DNA of 64,000 nt, from the IMG/VR virus record IMGVR_UViG_3300045135_002615, positions 232,643-296,642 of that record; one strand, 5' to 3'. Position numbers and translations under genes: made by a program. Under the pieces are notes generated by a model. It was not told where the DNA came from and searched no databases. It saw only the letters and a program-made list of their open reading frames with translations. This document shows, piece after piece, positions 16,355 through 28,800 of the stretch (positions are counted from its first letter, which is position 1; every line of letters starts with the position of its first letter).

Positions 16355-19300
16355 ATGGCAGACGTTATTAGCAAGAATTATGAGGTCGTTACCACATTCG
16401 GTATCTATACCTTTACCGTCACCTCAGATGAGAATGGCTATACCTCTGTAGGTAATATCCGTAGGAACGGCTCCGTATGGACAAGCGACTATCCCGCAGA
16501 AGTCCATGCCGCCATCCAAGATGCTATCCTAGAGGTAGAGTCCCTTAACGGCTCAAACCCTCAGAACTACCTCATCGCGGATAACTTCCTATCCGAGATT
16601 GCAGAACTCGGTGCTCAAGCTCAATTCGCAGCCCGCACCAACCTCGGGTTCTCAAATATCTCTATCGGTGATCTCTCCGATGTAGAACTCGGAGGTAACC
16701 TCGAAGAGAATAAGATACTCAAGGTAGTTAATGGTGTCTTTACTCAAGCCGATCTCCCCGCAGGTGTTGGTGGAGGCTTCACGCAAGAAGAGATTGAAGA
16801 CTTCGTAGGGGCTATGCTCACCGATGGTGGTGGGATCACATGGACATACGATGACAATAACTCTCAGATCAGTGGTGCGGTTACAATCTCACACCTGTCT
16901 GTAGGTGGACTCTCAGATGTGTCTCTCAATAATCCTGTAGATGGTCATGTACTCCGCCATAATGGTGCAGGTCAGTTCGTAAACGTACAGCTCTCATATA
17001 ACGATCTCGCAAACCTTCCCACACTAGGAACCGCATCCTCAAAAAATGCAGGTACCGGAGCAGATGAAGTCCTCCTATTGACACAGGCAGGTATTCTCCC
17101 CGCCCTTGATGGTTCAAACTTGACATCTCTACCCGCCATCACAATCGGTAGCCTCTCAGATGTGGATCCTAATGGAGTAGTTAATGGGCAGGTGCTTGTC
17201 TATGATAACGGCTCTTGGGTACCTGGTAACCCTGGTGTCGTCTATTCAGATGAGCAAGCTCAAGATGCCATCAATGACATGCTCAACAATAATGGAGCTG
17301 TCCATAGTGGTATCAACTTCGTCTATGATGACGTAGCTAACTCCATGACAGCCTCCATTGACATCTCCCCCTTCTCTATCGGCACACTAGCTGATGTAGA
17401 CACAGCAGGGGTAGTCAATGGGCAGGTTCTCAAGTATCAGAACGGCTCATGGACACCTTCACAGGATGTCGGGCGTACCGATGAAGAGATACAAGACCTT
17501 GTAGGTGCTATGCTCCTTGATGGTAATGGCATCACATGGACTTATGATGACAATAACGCACAGATCGGTGGCTCTGTTACCATTGATCATCTCTCTGTAG
17601 GTGGTCTCTCTGATGTGACACTTGCCGCACAAGTCAACAAGCAAGTACTCATCTCTAATGGTGTCAACTTTGAGAACAGGCTACTTGACCTATCAGACAT
17701 CTCGGACTCAGGCACACTCGTCACTCTAGCAGGTGCTCAAAACATCATAGGTGATAAGACCTTCTCAAGTGCAGTTACCTTTATTGGTACTGCTGAATAC
17801 GCGACCCCTGCGGGTGCTGTAGCTAATGAGATCGCTTCTGCCGCCTTCGTGATCAACTATGTTGACTCACAGAGTCACGTTGAGGCAGTAGGTGAACTAG
17901 CGGATGTCTCTGTCAACAACCCTCTCATCAATCAAGTCCTTGTATATGACGGGGTCAGTGACTTCGTTAACCGCCTGTTGGCTTCTACAGACTTGAGTGA
18001 TTCCGCTAGTATTGTAAGGGTGACGGACTCTATCAATGCACTTGCCGATGTTGATCTTGGAGGAGCTCTCGTTGAGGGTAAGGTACTTAAGGTAGTTAAT
18101 GGTGTCTTTACTCAAGCTGATGACATCGACACCGACATCTTCTTGACCCAGGAAGCCGTTGAAGACTTCGTAGGTGCTCAGTTTACACATGCTAATCACT
18201 CTACAGGGATCACGTTCACTTATGACGACCCTTCAAGTGAGATCAGAGCGACCCTTGCTACGAGCCTTCAAGACTACACGGCTCTTGTCCCTAATGATGG
18301 GAGCATCATTATTGGTGATGGGCAGCACTTCACCACAGAGAGCGGAGCTGTAGCTAGGGCTTCTCTTGGACTCACTATTGGAACTCATGTCCAAGCCTAC
18401 AACGCCCGCCTCGCTGAGATTAGTGCTCTCAACCCTGACCTCAACAACTTCATCGTGGGTGATGGTGCAGCCTTCTCTTTAAAGACCCCCGCACAGGTCA
18501 TTACAGCCCTTAATCTTGCCAACCTATACCAACCCCTAGAGGCAACCCTTACGGCTCTTTCTGGGGTAGGTACGGCGGCTAATAAGATCATCTACACAAC
18601 AGGGGTTGATCAGTTCGCGGAAACAGACCTTACCGCCTTTGGTAGATCACTCATAGATGACGCAGATGCTCTAACAGCTAGGGCGACTTTGGGTGTCACG
18701 ATTGGTACACATGTACAGGCTTACTCTGCTCAGCTTACTACGTTCTCTAACCTCAACCCCGCAGATGGGAACTTCATCGTAGGTAATGGGGTTTCATTTG
18801 TGGTAGAGAGTGGTGCGACAGCAAGAGCTTCACTAGGTTTGGGTTCAGCGGCACTTAATGATGAAGGTGACTTCTTAGCGAGTGGTTCAGGTCTTGATGA
18901 TCTGTCAAATGTGCAGATCAACGGGTCTGCTAATAGGCAGTTCCTTGTCAATGATGGTACGGGCAACTATGTGAACCGCACGATCAGCTCAACAGACCTC
19001 TCTAACACAGCCAAGATTGTCCTCCTTGATGGTTCTGATGAGCTCGTGCTCACTAACGTAATCAAGCCCAATGGTGGGATCAATGTCAATGGAGGAAACT
19101 TCACAGTAGCCGCTAATGGCGATGTGGTTGTAGGTGGTTCTCTTGATGTCTCTGGTCTAACCGCGACCCAGGCAGGCGTGAGTGTTATCAACACCAATAC
19201 GGGGAATGCCTCTCTTCATATCACGCCTAATGGAGACAACGCCTCTATCAACTCCGCTGGGGGCTCTATTGGGTTCAACCTTGCCACCCTCACAGACATC

Positions 19301-22300
19301 AATAGCATTACCTCCACAGAGGCGAGCTTCTCACTCCTGTCTACTTCTTCAATCACACTCGGTGACAACCTTGCTGTGGCATTGGAGGTCAGAGAGGGTG
19401 CAAATAGCTACATGACCTTCGTCACCACAGATGCAGGTGAGAAGATTGTCATGTCAAAGCCTGTAGAAGTCGCTACTAGCTTGAATGTGGGTAATGTCTC
19501 TATCAACAATGGTGTCATCTCTAATGGTGGTGCAGGGATTGACTTTGATGGTGAGTCACTTGCTACAACTGGCTCTGTCAACATCAATGGTGGGGCATTT
19601 ACAATAGATGGTGCTACGGGTAATGTCTCTACACAAGGCACACTCTCAGTCAACACTACCTCTACATTTACAGGTCTTGCTGACTTCAATGGCGGTGTTG
19701 ATCTAAATGCGGGTACGATTGTTGGTGTCTCTACCCTCACCACGACTACGATTGATGCCACAGGGGATACACTCAACTTAAACCTTAAAGACAACAAGGG
19801 TATTGCTCTTAAGGTTGCTGAAGGTGCCAACTCATACATAGAGGTAGACACCACTGATACTGCTGAAGAGGTTCGTATTTTGAAGCCTCTTGAGATCGAG
19901 GGGACACTTCAGCTCGGTTCAGGTAGCCTTGAGGATACTACGGGTCAGATTGATCTCGGTAGCACAAGTGTAACGACTACGGGTAATCTTACAGTCCAAG
20001 ACTTGACGGTCAATGGTGTTCAGAACATCAACAACCAGAACAACCTTCAAGTCAACGACAGCGTCATTGAGCTTAATGCCAACTTTGTGGGTAATAACGC
20101 TAATGACCTTGGTCTGCTTCTAACACGAGGTGATGAGGATGACGCCCTTATTATTTGGGACGAAGGTCTCTCGTCATTTGTGCTTGCTACTCATAGTGGT
20201 GCTGTCTCTGTAAACACTACGGACTTCTCAGGTGTTGCGGGTCTCACAGAAGCAAACCTAAAGATTGGTGGTCTGACTACAACTGCAAGTGTTACGGTTG
20301 GCACTACACTCTCAGTCACAGGTACAGGCACAATCACGGCACCTGCTCAGATCTCTAATGGTAATGAGATTGTAACTGCCGCATGGGTACGAGGGCTCGG
20401 ACTCAGTGACCTTACGGGCACAACAGAAGCAGTCCAAGACATCTCAGGTGGTCAGTTCACACACGCTAATCACTCTACAGGGATCACGTTCACTTATGAC
20501 GACCCTTCAAGTGAGATCAGAGCGACCCTTGATGCAGGTCTTCAGTCTATTAGCACACTAGGAACTGTGGCGGATCGAATCCTCTACACTACGGGTGCTG
20601 ACACCTATGCAGAGACTGCCATTACCCTTGCGGGTCGTAATCTCATCGCCTCCGCAGACCCTGTAGCTCATCTTGGTCTTGTTATAGGTACTGATGTCCA
20701 AGCCTACAATGCCCGCCTCGCTGAGATCAGCAACATTGCGGTACCCGTTGCTGATAACTTCCTTGCAGGTGATGGCAACGATTTTGTACTCAAGACCCCC
20801 GCACAGGCTCGTACCTCGTTGGGTCTTGATCAAGCTAATGCTAGGGTGACACTTGGTTTCGGCACAGCGGTTACGAATGACACTACGGACTTCTTAGCAA
20901 GTGGATCGGGTCTTAACGATCTCTCTGATGTGGTCATTACTAATGATCTCGTTGCAGGTACACCTCTTGTCAATCAGGTGCTCGTCTACACGAACAATGC
21001 TACGTTTGAGAACGTCCAGCTGACAACAAGTCAGCTCGTTGATGGTTCTTCTCTTATCAAGGACACCGACTCGATCAATCGTTTACATGACGTAGACACT
21101 ACAGGTCATGCCCAAGGTAAGATCCTTGTCTTTAACGCTAATGGTCATCTCGTAGTTGGTGATAAGACCTTGCCCGAGGAGGTTCAAGATACCGTTGGTG
21201 GCATGATCACCGCAGGTAATCAGACGGACATCACGGTCACCTATGACGATGCTAATGACAAGATCGACTTCTCAGTAGACGCTACGATTGCAAGGCTTAA
21301 CAGTCCTGCCTTTACAGGCACACCTACTGCTCCTACTGCCAATCAAGGTGACAACTCGACACAGCTCGCTACCACTAGCTATGTAGACACCGCCGTTCAA
21401 GGTGTGATCATTGGAGGAGGCTTCCAACCCAATAATGATAACCTCACAGACATCAGTGGTCTTACACCTGATGCGGATAACTTCATTGTCGGTGACGGCA
21501 ATAACTTCGTACAAGAGACACCTGCTCAAGTTAGGGCTACTCTCGGACTTGGTACTGCCGCTCAGAATGACACCGGAGACTTCCTTGCAAGTGGATCGGG
21601 TCTTAATGCTCTCTCTGATGTCACTCTAGGGGCTACCGCAAACAAGCAGTTCCTCGTCCATGATGGAGTTAATGGGTTTGCTAATAGAGTAATCTCCACT
21701 TCTGACCTCTCTGATGGGGCAGGGGTTCTCTTCAACACCTCGTCTATCAATGATCTGTCTGATGTTGACACCACAGGTAAGGCTGATGGTAGAGTTCTCA
21801 AGTTCAACGCTCAAGGAGATTTGGTTGTTGGTGACGATCTCGGCAAGACCGAGGAGGAGATACAAGACATTGTAGGCACCATGTTCGTTGCGAACAATGC
21901 AGGTAATACCCATATCACATTTGCCTATGATGACACCGAGGGTGCTAATGACGGCACAATCACCGCTACTGTCTCTCTCAATTCAACTGACCTCGGTGAT
22001 AGTGCTCTCCTTGCACGTCTAGCAAGCCCCGCCTTTACAGGTACTCCTACTGCACCTAAAGCCGATCTTAATGATGACTCAAACAAGATCGCTACCACGA
22101 GCTATGTGCAACAAGAGATACACTTCCTTGCTCAAGATTATCAACCTCTTGATGACCGTCTTACTGAGATCAGCAACATCGCTATCCCTACAGCGGATAA
22201 CTTCCTTGCTGGTGATGGTAACGACCTTGTGCTTAAGACCCCTGCACAGGCTCGTACCTCGTTGGGTCTTGATCAAGTTAATGCTAGGGTCACTCTCGGC

Positions 22301-25300
22301 TTTGGTACTGCTGTCACGAACGACACAGGTGACTTCTTAGCAAGTGGTTCAGGTCTTGATGACCTCTCTGATGTGGTGCTTGGAGCGACAGCTAATAAGC
22401 AGTTCCTTGTCCATGATGGGAACAACTTTGCTAATAGGATTATCTCTACTACTGACTTGAGCGATGGGACTGATATTCCTCTCCTAGATGCACAGGGAGA
22501 CTTGAGCCTAGGCTCAGACCTCTCAGTGACAGGTGTTCTCACCACAGGTAGTCTCGTTACGGACACTTTGACTCTTACAGGTGGAGTCAACCCTGCCTTC
22601 TCTATTGAGGACGGTGCGAGCACTTACCTTCAGATCAACACCCTTGTTGGTTTTGAGAAGGTGTCTGTCACTCAAGACTTTGAGGCAACAGGTGATGTGA
22701 CCCTCTCCTCCATTGAGGTCTCAGGAACTCAAATCACAGCAGGTGGTGCGGGCATCACCTTTGGTGCTGAGAGCCTGACGACCACAGGGACTGTCACGGT
22801 AGGCAACCTCACCGTTAATGGTACGCTCACTACGATCAACACGGATAACCTCTCTGTGAAGGATCGTGTGGTCGAACTCAATAGTGGCATTGGTGCGAAC
22901 AATAACGCAAACGATCTCGGTCTGTTCCTTAACAGAGGTAATGACGCAGACGCTCTCATCTTGTGGGACGAGGGTGAAGATGCCTTTGTCTTTGCTACGC
23001 ACACAGGTGCTGTCGATGGGACAACGGCGGACTACTCCGATGTAGCTCATGGCGGTTCCTTCTCAAGAGCTCCTGTACTCACAGGCAATATGGGTGTCAC
23101 AGGCACTCTCTCAGTAAGCGGGCAAACTACTCTGACAGGGCTTCTCCTTGCTAATGGTGGGGTCAACGTCAATGGTGGGAACTTCATTGTAGATTCAGCC
23201 ACAGGTAATGTCTCAACTATAGGCACTCTTACAGTCACAAGCACAGGTACGATTACCGCACCTGCTCAAGGAGCTAATGCCAATGAGATTGTCACCGCAG
23301 CATGGGTACGAGGCTTGGACATCTTTGACTTCAACGCCACCGCAGAGGAACTTGAAGATGCTGTAGCGGGTCAGTTCACACATGGTAATCATGGTGGTGG
23401 GCTCAGTGTCACTTACATAGACGATGGTGGAGTTAATGATGGTGAGATCCGTATCTCTACTACGGGCAACCTCGCAGACATCGCCACCATCACACACAAT
23501 GCAGGTGACTTCATTGTCGGTGACGGAAACAACTTCACGGCACAAACACCTGCACAAGTAAGAGCTACTCTTGATCTTGAAGTCGGTACGGATGTTCAAG
23601 CGTATGACGCGGGTCTACAATCCATTAGTGGTTTGGTTACAGGTGCAGGTCAGATCATCTACACCACCGCCCCTGATACTTATGCAACCTCTTCCATTAG
23701 TGCATTCGGCAGATCACTCATAGATGATGCTGATGCGGCTACCGCAAGAGCTACTTTGGGACTTGTCATCAACACGGATGTACAAGAGCACCATGAGTTC
23801 CTCACCGAGCTCAGTAACCTTGACCCATTAGGTGCAAACCAAGTCATCTACTCTGATGCTCTTGGTGATCTAGCTACCTCTTCCATTAGTGCTTTCGGTA
23901 GATCACTCATAGACGATGCTGACGCAGGTGTCGCGAGAGCTACTCTTGGTGTTGTGATCGGTACTAACGTACAGGCACAAGATGCAGGGCTACAATCCAT
24001 TAGCGGGTTGGTCACCGCCGCAGATCAGATGATCTATACTACGGCTCTTGACACTTATGCCACTACTTCCCTTACCGCATTTGGTAGATCACTCATAGAC
24101 GATGCTGACGCTCTTACGGCAAGGGCAACTCTCGGAGTGGTCATTGGCACGGATGTACAGGCACAAGACGCAGGTCTACAATCCATTAGTGGGTTAGTGA
24201 CAGGTGCAGATCAGATGATCTACACCACTGCCCTAGACACTTATGCCACCACAAGCCTAACCACCTTTGGTAGATCGCTCCTCGATGATGCTGATGCGAC
24301 TACGGCGAGGGCAACACTTGGCGTGGTGATTGGTACGGATGTACAAGCTCAGAATGGGCTCTTGCAAGAGTTTGCAGACCTAGACCCTGTAGCTGCCAAC
24401 AGGTTGTTCTATACAGACGCAAATGGCAACCTCACTACGTCTGTACTGACAGCTCAAGCGATAGCCCTACTTGATGACTCAACCTCTGCTGCTCAGAGGA
24501 CGACACTTGGTCTTGTGATCGGTACGGATGTGCAGGCTCAAGATGCAGGGTTGGAGTCTATAAGTGGTTTGATCACTGCGGCTGACCAGATGATCTACAC
24601 TACAGGTGCAGATACCTACGCGACTACAAGTCTGACAGCTTTTGGTAGGTCACTCATAGATGATGCCAACGCTCTAACAGCTAGAGCGACTTTGGGCGTC
24701 ACGATTGGTACTGATGTTCAGGCGTATGACCCTGCTCTGCAATCCATTAGTGGTTTGGTGACAGGTGCTAATCAGATCATTTACACGACTGCTCAAGACA
24801 CCTATGCCACGAGTGCGGTTACTGCCTTCGGTCTTAGCTTGATTGATGATGCAGATGCTCTAACAGCAAGGTCTACACTTGGAGTAGTCATAGGCACTGA
24901 TGTGCAAGCATATGACCCTGCACTTCAATCTATTAGTGGTTTGGTTACGGGTGCAGATCAGATGATCTACACTACCGGTGTAGATACCTATGCTACGACC
25001 ACGATCACAGCAGTCGGTAGAGCTTTGCTTGATGACGCTACTGTAGCTGATCAGAGAGCCACTCTTGGTCTTGGTGACGCCGCCCTTGTAAATACTTCGG
25101 TCAATGGTGGTGTGGGTGAGCAAGGTAAGGCTGTTGTGCTTGATGGTACGGGTAAGCTAGGGGCTCTTGACGGGTCTGCTTTGACGGCACTTGGCTCAAT
25201 CAACACCTTGAGTGATGTGGACACAACGGGCTTGGATGCTAATGATGTGCTTACATGGGATGCAGGTCAAGGTAAGTTTGTACCTACGGCACTTCAAGCT

Positions 25301-25774
25301 CAGTCTATAGCGAGCACGGCTCAAGCACTCATTGATGGTAATGGTACGAATACAGGTGCAGACACGATTGACTTCTCTTATGATGCTCAGAACGAGGTCA
25401 TCAATCTAGCACTTGGCATCAGCACATCTAACTTGACGGATGTGAGTGCTGCTCCTGATACGAATAAGCAGGTGTTGAGGTACACGACTGATGGAGGTTT
25501 GAACAAGTATGTCCCTACGGTGCTCGGTACGTCTACTGATTATGATGTGGGTACTGCACCTGGTGAGATCATCTTGCTCAGTGATCCTACACAGGACAAT
25601 GTCAATGCAGTTGCCGACCTTATTGTTCTTGGTCGTGTGATTGAGACGATTGATTATGGTTCAGTTGCGGATGCTTTTGTAGATGGTCAAGACTTCGCAA
25701 CGGATTGGAATGGTACGGGTTTCAATGACACATTGATTTATGCGGCGGAGGACTATGGGGTGTTGGTGAGTTAA
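16355..25774 (+). CDS. Giant repetitive fibre-like virion protein (3139 aa)
   Basis: LxDLSDV, QEEIEDFVGAM, SPAFTGTPTAP and TAFGRSLIDDADA..ARATLG repeat types typical of phage tail fibres; C-terminal DYG motifs. Confidence 0.85.
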   Translation: MADVISKNYEVVTTFGIYTFTVTSDENGYTSVGNIRRNGSVWTSDYPAEVHAAIQDAILEVESLNGSNPQNYLIADNFLSEIAELGAQAQFAARTNLGFSNISIGDLSDVELGGNLEENKILKVVNGVFTQADLPAGVGGGFTQEEIEDFVGAMLTDGGGITWTYDDNNSQISGAVTISHLSVGGLSDVSLNNPVDGHVLRHNGAGQFVNVQLSYNDLANLPTLGTASSKNAGTGADEVLLLTQAGILPALDGSNLTSLPAITIGSLSDVDPNGVVNGQVLVYDNGSWVPGNPGVVYSDEQAQDAINDMLNNNGAVHSGINFVYDDVANSMTASIDISPFSIGTLADVDTAGVVNGQVLKYQNGSWTPSQDVGRTDEEIQDLVGAMLLDGNGITWTYDDNNAQIGGSVTIDHLSVGGLSDVTLAAQVNKQVLISNGVNFENRLLDLSDISDSGTLVTLAGAQNIIGDKTFSSAVTFIGTAEYATPAGAVANEIASAAFVINYVDSQSHVEAVGELADVSVNNPLINQVLVYDGVSDFVNRLLASTDLSDSASIVRVTDSINALADVDLGGALVEGKVLKVVNGVFTQADDIDTDIFLTQEAVEDFVGAQFTHANHSTGITFTYDDPSSEIRATLATSLQDYTALVPNDGSIIIGDGQHFTTESGAVARASLGLTIGTHVQAYNARLAEISALNPDLNNFIVGDGAAFSLKTPAQVITALNLANLYQPLEATLTALSGVGTAANKIIYTTGVDQFAETDLTAFGRSLIDDADALTARATLGVTIGTHVQAYSAQLTTFSNLNPADGNFIVGNGVSFVVESGATARASLGLGSAALNDEGDFLASGSGLDDLSNVQINGSANRQFLVNDGTGNYVNRTISSTDLSNTAKIVLLDGSDELVLTNVIKPNGGINVNGGNFTVAANGDVVVGGSLDVSGLTATQAGVSVINTNTGNASLHITPNGDNASINSAGGSIGFNLATLTDINSITSTEASFSLLSTSSITLGDNLAVALEVREGANSYMTFVTTDAGEKIVMSKPVEVATSLNVGNVSINNGVISNGGAGIDFDGESLATTGSVNINGGAFTIDGATGNVSTQGTLSVNTTSTFTGLADFNGGVDLNAGTIVGVSTLTTTTIDATGDTLNLNLKDNKGIALKVAEGANSYIEVDTTDTAEEVRILKPLEIEGTLQLGSGSLEDTTGQIDLGSTSVTTTGNLTVQDLTVNGVQNINNQNNLQVNDSVIELNANFVGNNANDLGLLLTRGDEDDALIIWDEGLSSFVLATHSGAVSVNTTDFSGVAGLTEANLKIGGLTTTASVTVGTTLSVTGTGTITAPAQISNGNEIVTAAWVRGLGLSDLTGTTEAVQDISGGQFTHANHSTGITFTYDDPSSEIRATLDAGLQSISTLGTVADRILYTTGADTYAETAITLAGRNLIASADPVAHLGLVIGTDVQAYNARLAEISNIAVPVADNFLAGDGNDFVLKTPAQARTSLGLDQANARVTLGFGTAVTNDTTDFLASGSGLNDLSDVVITNDLVAGTPLVNQVLVYTNNATFENVQLTTSQLVDGSSLIKDTDSINRLHDVDTTGHAQGKILVFNANGHLVVGDKTLPEEVQDTVGGMITAGNQTDITVTYDDANDKIDFSVDATIARLNSPAFTGTPTAPTANQGDNSTQLATTSYVDTAVQGVIIGGGFQPNNDNLTDISGLTPDADNFIVGDGNNFVQETPAQVRATLGLGTAAQNDTGDFLASGSGLNALSDVTLGATANKQFLVHDGVNGFANRVISTSDLSDGAGVLFNTSSINDLSDVDTTGKADGRVLKFNAQGDLVVGDDLGKTEEEIQDIVGTMFVANNAGNTHITFAYDDTEGANDGTITATVSLNSTDLGDSALLARLASPAFTGTPTAPKADLNDDSNKIATTSYVQQEIHFLAQDYQPLDDRLTEISNIAIPTADNFLAGDGNDLVLKTPAQARTSLGLDQVNARVTLGFGTAVTNDTGDFLASGSGLDDLSDVVLGATANKQFLVHDGNNFANRIISTTDLSDGTDIPLLDAQGDLSLGSDLSVTGVLTTGSLVTDTLTLTGGVNPAFSIEDGASTYLQINTLVGFEKVSVTQDFEATGDVTLSSIEVSGTQITAGGAGITFGAESLTTTGTVTVGNLTVNGTLTTINTDNLSVKDRVVELNSGIGANNNANDLGLFLNRGNDADALILWDEGEDAFVFATHTGAVDGTTADYSDVAHGGSFSRAPVLTGNMGVTGTLSVSGQTTLTGLLLANGGVNVNGGNFIVDSATGNVSTIGTLTVTSTGTITAPAQGANANEIVTAAWVRGLDIFDFNATAEELEDAVAGQFTHGNHGGGLSVTYIDDGGVNDGEIRISTTGNLADIATITHNAGDFIVGDGNNFTAQTPAQVRATLDLEVGTDVQAYDAGLQSISGLVTGAGQIIYTTAPDTYATSSISAFGRSLIDDADAATARATLGLVINTDVQEHHEFLTELSNLDPLGANQVIYSDALGDLATSSISAFGRSLIDDADAGVARATLGVVIGTNVQAQDAGLQSISGLVTAADQMIYTTALDTYATTSLTAFGRSLIDDADALTARATLGVVIGTDVQAQDAGLQSISGLVTGADQMIYTTALDTYATTSLTTFGRSLLDDADATTARATLGVVIGTDVQAQNGLLQEFADLDPVAANRLFYTDANGNLTTSVLTAQAIALLDDSTSAAQRTTLGLVIGTDVQAQDAGLESISGLITAADQMIYTTGADTYATTSLTAFGRSLIDDANALTARATLGVTIGTDVQAYDPALQSISGLVTGANQIIYTTAQDTYATSAVTAFGLSLIDDADALTARSTLGVVIGTDVQAYDPALQSISGLVTGADQMIYTTGVDTYATTTITAVGRALLDDATVADQRATLGLGDAALVNTSVNGGVGEQGKAVVLDGTGKLGALDGSALTALGSINTLSDVDTTGLDANDVLTWDAGQGKFVPTALQAQSIASTAQALIDGNGTNTGADTIDFSYDAQNEVINLALGISTSNLTDVSAAPDTNKQVLRYTTDGGLNKYVPTVLGTSTDYDVGTAPGEIILLSDPTQDNVNAVADLIVLGRVIETIDYGSVADAFVDGQDFATDWNGTGFNDTLIYAAEDYGVLVS
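23576..25069 (+). repeat. Eight tandem 62/63-codon repeats inside the first giant gene
   Basis: Units VxIGTDVQA..ARATLG; 6x186 bp plus 2x189 bp. Confidence 0.9.
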
Positions 25775-25830
25775 TAGTGCTTTTATCAAGACGCTTCATA
25801 ACAACAGAAGCGTCTTGATAGGAGTAGCCT

Positions 25831-28800
25831 ATGTCAGTCCGTAGAGTCCAACTAAGAAGAGGCACGTCTGCTGAGAACAATGCTTTTACAGGTGCGGTGG
25901 GTGAGATCACAGTCGATACAACTCAGAACACAATCCGTGTTCATGATGGGGTGACGGCAGGTGGTACTGAGACGACCCTTCCCGACTTGTCGAACATTGC
26001 TCCTTCAGCAACCGTAGACTTTAACAACCAACGCATTGAGAATGTCCTTGACCCTGTAAATGATCAAGATGTTGCCACTAAAGCATATGTGGACTCAGGT
26101 GGTGGTATCGAGCTGGGTGAACTCATCAACGTCACCCTCAATGCTCCCGCCAATGGTCAGATCATTGTTTATGACTCAGATGGCGGTGCAGAGGACAATC
26201 AATGGAAGAACGTCACTCTCAGTGGGGACATCTCCATTGACAACGCGGGTGTGGCATCTATCGGTTCAGAGGTCATCGTCAACGACGATATCGCTAATGG
26301 GACCATTCAGAATGTTAAGCTCGTCAACGATAGCGTGACCATCGGTGCTACTGAGGTTGTTCTCGGCACCACCGAGACATCATTCAGTGGGCTAACAGGT
26401 CTTGACTTCACAAATGCCGATGCAACTATCGGTGCTTCTATGACCGATGATGGGGCGGGAACCCCTACTGTCCTTACTCTCGGAGGTAATGGCTCTAGAG
26501 TTAAGGTCGCTAATGAACTCCTCGTTGTAGGTGACCTGACAGTTCAAGGTACGACCACTACAGTGGACTCAACTAATGTAGCCGTAGCGGATCGCGTGGT
26601 TGAGCTCAATAAAGACCTGGCGGTAGCTAATGCTAATGACCTCGGTCTGTTCCTCAATAGAGGTACTGAAGATGATGCTCTCATCTTGTGGGACGAGGAC
26701 CTCGGTGGATTCCTTCTCGCTACACATAGTGGTCTTGTAGATAGTTCCACCCTAGACTACTCAAGTGTTGTAGGACTCACACGAGGTGACCTCTACATCG
26801 GCAACCTTGATGTCGAGACTAACACCACTCTCGGTGGTACCCTCGGAGTTACAGGTGTCACGACCCTTACAGGTCTACTCAATGCTAATGGCGGTATCGC
26901 TGTAGATACCAACGCATTTACTGTTGCGGACACTACAGGTAACACCAACATTCAAGGTACTCTTGATGTTGTGGGTAAGTCCACCCTCGCTTCTACTTCT
27001 ACTATCGGTGATCTTGAGTTCACCAATGGTCAGATTCAGACTACGGCTGTAGACAATAACCTGAGCTTCAATGACAACAACCTGTCTACTACAGGTACTC
27101 TCGCTGTAGGCTCAACCACCGTACAAGGTAATAGCTTCATCTCCGTAGAGAAGGGTGCTACACATAGCCTCCTCCTCAACTCAGATGTTGTGGGTGATAA
27201 CACACCCGCCAATGCCTCTATCGGTGTAGCCCTCTCTGATGGTCCTTCATACGCCACGATCACATGGACACAAGCCGATACTACATGGGATGTCTCTCAT
27301 AACATGAGCGTGGCAACTGACCTCACCGTTGGTCAAGACCTCATCGTTACAAGGAACATTGTTCTTACTGATTCTGCCACTCAAGGCATCACCTTCCAAC
27401 ATGACGTTGTTGCAGGTGCAGATGAGACCCTTCTCCGTGTAGACAGAGGGGCAACCTACTCAGTTCTTTCATGGGACGAGAGCTCCGCTTACTTCTCAGT
27501 TAGTCATGGTCTCAATGTTGTTGGTGCTATCTCACAAGGTCCCGTTGATGGTCCTGAGAACTTCAGTGTCTCAAACGCAGGTGTGATCACCACTGATAGC
27601 GATGGACATCGTATCGCAGGTCTTACCTTTAATGGGACTACGATTGAAGCATTCACCAATGGAGCAGGTATCGACTTTGGCGATGAAGACGTAAGCACCA
27701 CGGGTGACTTCTCTGCCGCTAACATCACGTCTACTAGTGACATGACGATCAACACCGCTACCTTCAGTGGGTTGCTCACCGCCAATGGTGGCATCACGGC
27801 TGATGGGGGTGTGTTCACTGTAGCAGATACCACAGGTAATGTCGCTACTACGGGTACACTCTCAGTGACCGGTGATGTTGCAATCAACACCAATAAGTTC
27901 AACATCACAGGAGCTACGGGTGCCGTCAGCCTTGATGGGACTACAGGTGTAATCACCGCCTCAGCAGAGGGTCACTTGATTGCTGACTTCTCTATCTCTG
28001 ATGGTTCTTTCACATCTGCTACTCAGATCATTAACATGGGTACTAATGATGTCACCACAACAGGCGACATCTCCGCTACGGACATTACATCCACTGGCGA
28101 CATGACCATCAACACGGCTACTGCGACAGGGCTTGTCCAAGCAGATGGTGGTCTAAATGTTAATGATGCGTTCACTGTGGCTGCTAATGGTGATGTTGTC
28201 ACAAGTGGGACAGCCGATCTAGGTGCAACCACCGTAGATAGCCTCAATGTGAGCAACGCTAACATCACCTCTGTTGGTGCGATCCAACTTGATACGATCC
28301 AATCAGCAGGTGATGCGGTCTCTTTCGACATCCTCCTTGATGACAACCAAGCAACCGCTCTTGAGATCAAAGAGGGAGCTAACGTCTATCAGACCTTCGT
28401 CACTACGGACGCAGGTGAGAAGGTTGTCTTTGGCAAGCTCATTGAAGCACCTGATAGCTCAGTGGTGGCTAACTTCACCTTTAGTGGTAGCACCATTAGC
28501 TCAAGCACTGACAGCATGGACATTGGTAATGATGCTCTGACTACTACAGGTACGGGTACGTTTGGCTCTCTTGATGTAAGTGGTGGCAACATTGTAGACG
28601 CTGGTGATGTGGCTCTTGATACGATCTCACCTGCGGGTGCTTCAGTGGTCGTTGATCTTCCTGATAATGGCGGGGTTGCGTTCTCTATCGTAGATGATCT
28701 TGGTGGAGCTAATCAGACCAACTACTTGCAGGTCACTACAACAACAGGTCTTGAGGAGGTCACTCTCCCTCAGCGTACTCGTGTACAGGGTCAGTTCCAT

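Noticed and set aside
23576-25069. Regular repeats as a possible CRISPR array
   Set aside because: In-frame coding repeats with synonymous variation; no repeat-spacer structure and no cas genes
25831-26000. Mtd_N-like start suggesting a diversity-generating retroelement
   Set aside because: No reverse transcriptase or adenine-mismatched template/variable repeat pair seen in the window
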